From a virus (taxonomy: Duplodnaviria; Caudoviricetes), in IMG/VR virus record IMGVR_UViG_3300017971_002684, positions 1 to 53,606 of that record: DNA of 53,606 nt; one strand, written 5' to 3'. Made by a program: the position numbers and the translations under genes. The notes under the pieces are model-generated. The model saw only the letters and a list, made by a program, of their open reading frames with translations, searched no databases and was not told where the DNA came from. Shown here in pieces: positions 47,522-53,606 of this stretch. Every line of letters begins with the position of its first letter. Position 1 is the first letter of the stretch.

Positions 47522-48684
47522 TGAAAGCAAAATCTGCCCGCTTTTTGGTGCTCAGTGACCTGCACGCCCACACCCACAAGCGGTTCTCTCACGTCAACCA
47601 AGAGGGAAACAATAGCCGGTTGCAGGTAGCCCTGGACGTGTTGCGCTACATCCCCCAGCTTGCAAAGCGCCTGGGCGTGCGGGATGTGTTCTTTGCCGGT
47701 GATCTGTTTGAAACCAAGGGGCGTGTGCCGGTCAAGGTGATGAACGCAGTCTACAGGGAACTGTACCAGTGGGGGGAGGCAGACCTGCGCCTTGTGATGA
47801 TACCAGGCAACCACGATCTGGCGGTGCGTGACGGCTCAGAAACAGCCATACAGGTCTTTGGAGCCCTCAAGGGTGTCAGCACCTACGTTGCGCCCCATTC
47901 AACGCTCTGGGGGCTCTCCCGTGAGCCACAGGTGGCATTGCGGTGCGTACCCTACCGGGACCATTTCACAGAAGAGGATTTTGCTGTGCCAGAGTTTGCA
48001 CCGGGCACTCCCCGCATTTGTCTGGCTCACGGGCTGGTGCGTGGGAGCCGGTTCATGCCCCATGATGAGACACCAAAAGAGGTTTGGGAAAAGGCACATG
48101 GGCAGATCCGTCCATCCTGGCTGGACGGTTTTGACGCTGCCATTGTGGGTCATGTTCACCTTCCACAAGTGCTGGGAGCCCGTCAACACATTCTGGTCCC
48201 AGGACAGCCATACCAACAACACCCCTATGATGCAGGACAGCGCCGCAGTGCGTGGCTTGTGGAAGTAGAGGGGGGCAGGGTGAAGTTCACCCCTCACCCC
48301 ATCCCCTGTCTTCCTGAGTTCTTTCTTGCTAAATTAACAGGTGATTGTTCCTTGGAGTGTCCCGTTGACCTGGAGATCAATGGGAACATCATTCTGCTCC
48401 AGCCAGAGGACCACACCGTGCTGGACAGCGTGATGAAGGAAGCCAAGGAGAGGCTCAATTCTTTAGGAGCGGCGCATGTATCAATCACACCCCCAGCATT
48501 GGTTGACCCCTTGGGTGAGCAAGCTCATGAAATTAGGCTTGAAATGGATACCAACCAACTACCTCAAGACGTTCTGGGCAACGTGCTGTCTTCAGGTCTT
48601 GTTCCGCTTAGAGGGTTTGCCCCACAAGAACTTCAAAGTGAGGGTGAAGAGATACTGAAGGAGGCTGCACAGGAGGATCAATGA
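47521..48684 (+). CDS. SbcD/Mre11-like nuclease (gp47-like)
   Basis: SDLH, AGDLF, GNHD, AHG and GHVH metallophosphoesterase motifs. Confidence 0.9.
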   Translation: MKAKSARFLVLSDLHAHTHKRFSHVNQEGNNSRLQVALDVLRYIPQLAKRLGVRDVFFAGDLFETKGRVPVKVMNAVYRELYQWGEADLRLVMIPGNHDLAVRDGSETAIQVFGALKGVSTYVAPHSTLWGLSREPQVALRCVPYRDHFTEEDFAVPEFAPGTPRICLAHGLVRGSRFMPHDETPKEVWEKAHGQIRPSWLDGFDAAIVGHVHLPQVLGARQHILVPGQPYQQHPYDAGQRRSAWLVEVEGGRVKFTPHPIPCLPEFFLAKLTGDCSLECPVDLEINGNIILLQPEDHTVLDSVMKEAKERLNSLGAAHVSITPPALVDPLGEQAHEIRLEMDTNQLPQDVLGNVLSSGLVPLRGFAPQELQSEGEEILKEAAQEDQ

Positions 48685-49220
48685 GTGACAAGGACCAATC
48701 TTCAGTTCCCCTCTTCCGTGAAATCATGGAGGATCTGGAGAAAAAAGGAGAAAAGGATATGCAAGAGAAAGAGCGTCCGGCGGTCAAGCCACCGTTGGAG
48801 CCAGAGACAGAAGAAACCCCCGTCAACTTGGACAATGTGCCCGCAGTGGTGGAGATAGACTGGGATGAGGATGATGGCAGCACCAGTGGGATCATCCTCT
48901 ACCGTGATGGGTCTGTGCAAACCAAGGGCAGCTACACACCTGGGCGGGCGGCGCAGGAGTTTTTTGAGGCACTGAGTGACCAGCATCCCTTCAAGTTGTT
49001 CAGCGCCCAACTTGAGGCTGTGCCCGCAGACTGCCCCATCCTGCTGGTCAAAGACCCTGGGGGTGTCTATTCCGGTGAGGACATGGAACTGCTGGGCACC
49101 TATTTGGCAAGCAAACACCCAGAGATGACCATCCTCTTTGTTCCCGCAGATGTGACCATTGAGGCTCTCTCAGAAGAGACAATGGAGTTTGCAGGCTGGC
49201 AAAAAAAGCCCGTCCAGTAG
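48681..49220 (+). CDS. Hypothetical protein
   Basis: ATGA-coupled, 179 aa. Confidence 0.65.
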   Translation: MSDKDQSSVPLFREIMEDLEKKGEKDMQEKERPAVKPPLEPETEETPVNLDNVPAVVEIDWDEDDGSTSGIILYRDGSVQTKGSYTPGRAAQEFFEALSDQHPFKLFSAQLEAVPADCPILLVKDPGGVYSGEDMELLGTYLASKHPEMTILFVPADVTIEALSEETMEFAGWQKKPVQ

Positions 49221-49230
49221 CCATCCCCGT

Positions 49231-49265
49231 GAAAAATTCAAAATCAGCGTATTAGCTTCTAACAG
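49231..49265 (+). promoter_or_regulatory. Box + palindrome element
   Basis: GAAAAAT-N11-GTATTAG-CTT-CTAACAG. Confidence 0.8.
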
Positions 49266-49342
49266 GAGAGGTCTGCCTGCCGCAGAGCAAACAGGAGTAG
49301 CAGGGCAGCAGGCAGACCACAACTTTGTTTCAGGAGGAGGTG

Positions 49343-50113
49343 ATGACTGTACCAACGGATGACCTGATGGTGTTTAGAACCCTTGGGTGCCCCATTGTGG
49401 ATGTTGGGATCGTGGGTCCAGAGTCAAGCGGGATGCGCGGCTCAGAGAACGGGCACCTGTTCATCTCTGTGCCTCTGGAGCATACACAGCCCAGGAGCAT
49501 ACACTGCTGGGATGGGGCTACACATCAATGGGTGGCGGTGGGGAACTACAATGAGTTTGCAGACAAGAAGCTGCGCCATGCTACGCTTGCCCGTATCCGT
49601 TGCATTCTGGAAGGGCGCCCGCCCATCTGGGCAGAGCGCACCTACCCCTACAATGGAAGTGAACTGGGACCAGCGGAGCCTCCCTCCCCGGAGCCCTCCG
49701 GTGGTGCTTTCCGCTCAGAGGGAGAGTTGTCCCCAGTGGAAGAGGAGCCCAAGCCCAAGCTGAGGCGCGGACCCCGGTTCCCCTTTGGTGCGTCTCAAGG
49801 CACCTTGTATGAAGACCCGGAGACGGGCGTGGTCTACAAAAAGGGAGGGATGGGGTGGACCCGGTGGGGGCACAAGGACGATCCACACGTTCAGCCTGGG
49901 ACCACGGAATTCACGGAGCCAATCCCCTCATGGAAGACCATTGATGAGGTGCGGGCAGAAGAGGGCTTGCCTCCACTGAAAGAGGCGTTGGGGGGACAAC
50001 AGACATTGGTGGCTGCGGGTCCGCCCCAAGTAGCCAGGGAAGACCCAGAGGTGGAGAAAAAAAAGCGCCTGAAGGAGAAGATGGCAAAGAAGAGAAAGGA
50101 GAGTGAGTGGTGA
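49343..50113 (+). CDS. Hypothetical protein with SEW C-terminal tag
   Basis: AGGAGGAGG RBS; ends RLKEKMAKKRKESEW. Confidence 0.7.
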   Translation: MTVPTDDLMVFRTLGCPIVDVGIVGPESSGMRGSENGHLFISVPLEHTQPRSIHCWDGATHQWVAVGNYNEFADKKLRHATLARIRCILEGRPPIWAERTYPYNGSELGPAEPPSPEPSGGAFRSEGELSPVEEEPKPKLRRGPRFPFGASQGTLYEDPETGVVYKKGGMGWTRWGHKDDPHVQPGTTEFTEPIPSWKTIDEVRAEEGLPPLKEALGGQQTLVAAGPPQVAREDPEVEKKKRLKEKMAKKRKESEW

Positions 50114-50574
50114 GCGCACCAAAGCAAAAACAAAAGAAGATGACCAAGTGGCAGCAGTATGCAATAGACAACCCCTACCACCGGCTGACAGGAGATATCC
50201 CCAGGGGGTGTCACCGCAGGATCGGCAACTACTCTGTGCTGGTGACGGTGGACCTGTTCCCTGATTTTTCCATCATGCCGGACTGGGAAATGCCGGAACA
50301 GCCAGAGTGGCATGTGTCCCTGAGCGTGATGCTGGGGCTCATCAAGGAAGGACCATACAAGGGACTACCCATGAGCCCGCCTCTGTACGGATGGGGAGAT
50401 GAACTGTGGCACCGGGCAATCCAACAGTGCAAGGCCATCTTGCAGAAGGTGGGTGATGAAGAGGGCTCCTACTGGATGGGGGAGACGTGCTCCCTGCACT
50501 ACCGGAAGCCTCTGACGGATGGTGAGATTGCCATGATCCCACCGGAGTTGCTGTCCAAAGCAAAGCCAAACTGA
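50107..50574 (+). CDS. Hypothetical protein
   Basis: Overlaps the upstream stop; 155 aa. Confidence 0.6.
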   Translation: MVSAPKQKQKKMTKWQQYAIDNPYHRLTGDIPRGCHRRIGNYSVLVTVDLFPDFSIMPDWEMPEQPEWHVSLSVMLGLIKEGPYKGLPMSPPLYGWGDELWHRAIQQCKAILQKVGDEEGSYWMGETCSLHYRKPLTDGEIAMIPPELLSKAKPN

Positions 50575-50591
50575 CTATTAGTTTCTAATAG
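50575..50591. promoter_or_regulatory. Palindromic motif copy (no upstream box)
   Basis: CTATTAG-TTT-CTAATAG, immediately after a stop codon. Confidence 0.8.
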
Positions 50592-50600
50592 GGAGCCAAG

Positions 50601-52517
50601 ATGATTCAGATCACAAAATTGTGTATTGAAAACTTTCTTTGTTTTGGCAAGGTTGAAGTTGATTTGCAAGGGGCTGGCCTGGTGGGGGTCTGCGGGATCA
50701 ATGAGGATGACCACACAGCAACTTCCAATGGCGCTGGCAAATCCTCTCTGCTGGAAGCCCTCTACTATGGACTGTATGGTCACACCATCCGCTTTGGCAA
50801 GAGCAGGCTGGCAGGGCTCATCCGCCGGGGAAAACAGCATTGCAAGGTGATGGTTCAGTTCCAGGATGAGCACAAGACCCACTATCAAGTGAGCAGGAAG
50901 AGGAGTCCCACCAGCGTTGTGACCAGCCTCAAGAGGAGCGCAGACAGCAAGGTCTGGGCAGATGTGCCCTACCAGGACAAGAAAGACCTGCAAGCCCAAC
51001 TGGTGAACATCCTGGGCGTGAGTGCAGACCTCTTCCGGCAGGTGGTCCTGTTTGGACAAGGGGGGATGCCCAGGTTCAGTGAGTTGTCAGACAGTGCCAA
51101 AAAAGAGCTCATAGAGGAGATTCTGGGGCTCCACATCTATGACCGGGCTCTGGCTATCAGCCGGGAGAAAGAGCGGCAAGAAAGGCGGGAGAAGGACTCC
51201 CTGGAGGGCAAACTGGCGCAGTTCACTGGCATTGCCCGCAACTCCCAGGAGACACTGGAGCGGCTCCGTCAAGGGAAGGGGACGTGGAAGAGGGAGAAGG
51301 AAGCCAAGCTGGTAGAGTTGGGAGCACGCCGTGCCAAACTGCAAGAGGGACTGGGAGAGGAGAAGGAGGAGGCGCGGACGGTTCTGGAGAACGCTGTGGA
51401 GGTCATAGGTAAGGAAATTGTTAGCAGACAGGAGGAGATTGACCAGATCACAGCCCAGCGTGAGAAAGCCCTCCAAGCCTTTCAGGAGTCCCACCAGGAA
51501 TTGACCAACGTGAAAGCCAAACAGGACGCCCGCTATGCCTTTTTGCAGCAGGAGCATGAGCGCATGGACCGCCTGCGGTTTGATGGCATTTGCCCCACCT
51601 GCAAACGCTCCACAGAAGGGCTGGAGATTGAGGGGGAGGAGGACATTCAGCAAGCCCTGCTATCAGCCCGCCATGATGTCAGCCAGACCAAGCAACGCAT
51701 TTCCGATCTGGAGCAGGCATGGAAGGTCTTCTCCAGCCGTGAGGATGCAAAGAAAAAGGAACTGGGGCAACAGGTCCGGGAGTACCAGGAGCGGCTCCAG
51801 AGGGTCCAGAAGGAACTGTCTCTGTCTGCCTCCAAAGAGGTGATCCGGCGCCATCTGCAAGATGTTGGAATGGAGATTCAGGAGTTGCGCGGCAAAGGGT
51901 TCCCCCAGAGTGAGTTGCTTGAAGCCAATGAGGAGAGCCTCTTGAAGTGGAAAGAAAAGAAAGAGGTTTTGCAAAAGGAGATTGACCAGGCACAGCTTTC
52001 CATCAACCGGCTCAAGGTGCTGCAAGAAGTGTTCACCACAACCCGGTCACTGCTGCTTGAGAATCTGCTGGGGGAGGTGAACCAACGGCTGGCAGAGTAT
52101 TGCTACACCCTCACACATGGGGAACTGTCCGCCACCATCTCCGCCCAGAGTGAGACAACCTCTGGGGAGAAGAGGGAGAAGGTGTCCGTGCAGGTGAGCC
52201 ACGCCACCGGGGGAGAGGACTATGTGTCTTGTAGTAGTGGTGAGCGGCGGCGGCTGGACCTGCCTATTGCTCTGGCTCTGCAAGATTTGGCAGCACGCCG
52301 GGGGCTGGGGGTGGGCTTGACCCTGCTGGATGAGGTCTTTGAGAATGTGGACGCAGCAGGGGCGGAAGGAATGAGGGAACTGGTCCTGGAAGCCAGCCAG
52401 CGCCCACACTCTCCCACGGTCCTTGTCATCAGCCACAATGAATCACTCATGGAAGGGTTCCCATCTTTCTGGTATGTTACCAAGAGGGATGGGAAGACAC
52501 AGGTGGAGGTATCATGA
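50601..52517 (+). CDS. SbcC/Rad50-like ATPase (gp46-like)
   Basis: SNGAGKSS, coiled coil with CPTC zinc hook, SSGE signature, LLDEVF and ISH. Confidence 0.93.
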   Translation: MIQITKLCIENFLCFGKVEVDLQGAGLVGVCGINEDDHTATSNGAGKSSLLEALYYGLYGHTIRFGKSRLAGLIRRGKQHCKVMVQFQDEHKTHYQVSRKRSPTSVVTSLKRSADSKVWADVPYQDKKDLQAQLVNILGVSADLFRQVVLFGQGGMPRFSELSDSAKKELIEEILGLHIYDRALAISREKERQERREKDSLEGKLAQFTGIARNSQETLERLRQGKGTWKREKEAKLVELGARRAKLQEGLGEEKEEARTVLENAVEVIGKEIVSRQEEIDQITAQREKALQAFQESHQELTNVKAKQDARYAFLQQEHERMDRLRFDGICPTCKRSTEGLEIEGEEDIQQALLSARHDVSQTKQRISDLEQAWKVFSSREDAKKKELGQQVREYQERLQRVQKELSLSASKEVIRRHLQDVGMEIQELRGKGFPQSELLEANEESLLKWKEKKEVLQKEIDQAQLSINRLKVLQEVFTTTRSLLLENLLGEVNQRLAEYCYTLTHGELSATISAQSETTSGEKREKVSVQVSHATGGEDYVSCSSGERRRLDLPIALALQDLAARRGLGVGLTLLDEVFENVDAAGAEGMRELVLEASQRPHSPTVLVISHNESLMEGFPSFWYVTKRDGKTQVEVS

Positions 52518-53299
52518 CAACAAAGTATTTGGGATCACATCAACTGGTCACTGAAATAGGCGGCTTCATTCAGCTTGGGGAGGAGTTTGATCTGGAGGGG
52601 CACAGGTTTGCTCCAGGCACGGTTGGCAAGGTGGCGCAAATCTATGGACAAAGGGCAGGCAGGACAGAGTGCCGCATTGTCATCACTGAGGGACGCATCC
52701 TACCAGAGAACGGGCAGTTTTCTCACTATGGAGGGCATGAGGTTGGGCACAAGGACATCAACCCCGGCGTAGTGGGGGAGGAAGACCCCAACGCTGCCCC
52801 CCTGGACACCCGCAGCGCCAAGGAACGCTTTGAGATGGGGCATGAGGCTGTCCAGCAACAAGGCGGGCGGGATTTTGTGGATCGTGACCCGCGCCCGCGC
52901 ACGGGCAGGAACAGCGCCCCTGTGAACAGCCAGTTGCCTCTGGTGGACCCGCGCATGGGCTCACAAGGGAGCCGCATCATCACGCGGGACCAAATGCCAG
53001 CCCCCAACCCAACCACCGTGGCTATGAGGATGAGCTTTCCTACACCCCAGCGGCAAGCGGGTGATGTGATCGCCACGGAGGAGTTTGCCCAAGCAATGGG
53101 GCGGCAGATTGATCATTCAGGAGAGGCAGAGATACCCATCCCACAGGGGCGCAAGCGCAGGGGCATGTTCAGGGGGATGAGCGTTGCCCGTCCCAACCCG
53201 CATGACGCAACCACCCAAGCGCGGCTGCAAGATGACCATGTGCGGGGGATAGGCAAAGGGGTTTCTGTAGACATCACCGATCCATCACGGAACACTTGA
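52514..53299 (+). CDS. Hypothetical protein
   Basis: ATGA-coupled; GGAGG RBS. Confidence 0.65.
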   Translation: MTTKYLGSHQLVTEIGGFIQLGEEFDLEGHRFAPGTVGKVAQIYGQRAGRTECRIVITEGRILPENGQFSHYGGHEVGHKDINPGVVGEEDPNAAPLDTRSAKERFEMGHEAVQQQGGRDFVDRDPRPRTGRNSAPVNSQLPLVDPRMGSQGSRIITRDQMPAPNPTTVAMRMSFPTPQRQAGDVIATEEFAQAMGRQIDHSGEAEIPIPQGRKRRGMFRGMSVARPNPHDATTQARLQDDHVRGIGKGVSVDITDPSRNT

Positions 53300-53324
53300 G
53301 TTTTTGCAGTGGTGTGGGTATAGT
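53296..53324 (+). promoter_or_regulatory. Sigma70-type promoter
   Basis: TTGAGT-17 nt-TATAGT, preceded by AACAC like the 39790 promoter. Confidence 0.55.
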
Positions 53325-53378
53325 GGTGGGAGATTCAGTTGAGTCACCAATGGTGATGTTGTTCTGTTAGAGGTCAAA

Positions 53379-53606
53379 ATGCGATTCACTATCTACATAG
53401 ATCCCCAAGCCAAAGAGCGTCCCCGGTTCAACCCCTTCTCTAAGCAGGTCACAGCCTACACGCCCAAGAAGACCACGGAGTTTCAGGAAGAGGTCCGGCG
53501 GGTGGTGACGCTGGAATTCAGCAAGACCAGAGAGTTTCCCATCTACCCTGGTGGTGTTCCTCTTGAGGTGAATGTGGATTTGGTCTTCAAACGCATTGGT
53601 AAGTTC
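53379..53606 (+). CDS. rusA: RusA-like Holliday junction resolvase, 3'-truncated
   Basis: Not in the ORF track. Translates MRFTIYIDPQAKERPRF...AYTPKKT.EF...PLEV; GAGG RBS. Confidence 0.8.
   Translation, partial: MRFTIYIDPQAKERPRFNPFSKQVTAYTPKKTTEFQEEVRRVVTLEFSKTREFPIYPGGVPLEVNVDLVFKRIGKF

Noticed and set aside
48330-48680. Apparently more AT-rich codon usage in the SbcD C-terminus (recent recombination?)
   Set aside because: Visual impression only; the segment is short and I cannot quantify it.
2578-50591. Palindromic repeats as a CRISPR array, attC cassette sites or MITE ends
   Set aside because: Copies are 17 bp, hundreds to thousands of bases apart and positioned like promoters; no cas, integrase or transposase is in the window.
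1-53606. Alternative genetic code (stop-codon reassignment)
   Set aside because: Conserved genes are full length in the standard code, TAA, TAG and TGA all terminate genes, and coding density is high.

Overview
53.6-kb fragment of a large (probably jumbo) tailed dsDNA phage. Essentially all credible genes are on the + strand, in the standard genetic code, with no integrase or CRISPR array. The left part (1-20.8 kb) holds virion-type proteins (tail-fibre-like, Ig-like, baseplate-like, beta-helix tailspike), interrupted by a bacterioferritin-like gene and a thermonuclease/C5-methyltransferase/amino-methyltransferase block. The right part is a replication-recombination-nucleotide module: SF2 helicase, DnaB, primase, beta-clamp, CobS/CobT-like AAA+/vWA pair, sigma-like factor, deoxynucleoside and thymidylate kinases, UvsY-like, gp32-like SSB, RecA, SbcD/SbcC and RusA. 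Several signals go beyond the gene list: (1) a regulon of 16 intergenic copies of the palindrome CTATTAG-N3-CTAATAG, many with a GAAAAAT box exactly 11 nt upstream, plus 6 box-only variants; (2) three unrelated proteins with the same C-terminal tag RL[RK]xKMxKKx[KR]xSEW, each encoded right behind one of these promoters; (3) near-absence of TCG/CGA except where it overlaps GATC; (4) a tRNA(GAA)-like gene with a 53-nt structured insert; (5) an abrupt C-rich to G-rich skew flip inside a gene near 11.7 kb; (6) clamp-binding motifs on unusual clients; (7) a nested out-of-frame ORF in the C5-MTase; (8) a candidate ~190-nt structured RNA; (9) GGA-rich leader repeats; (10) a collapsed thyX-like relic. 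All family assignments are by-eye motif recognition, not database searches.
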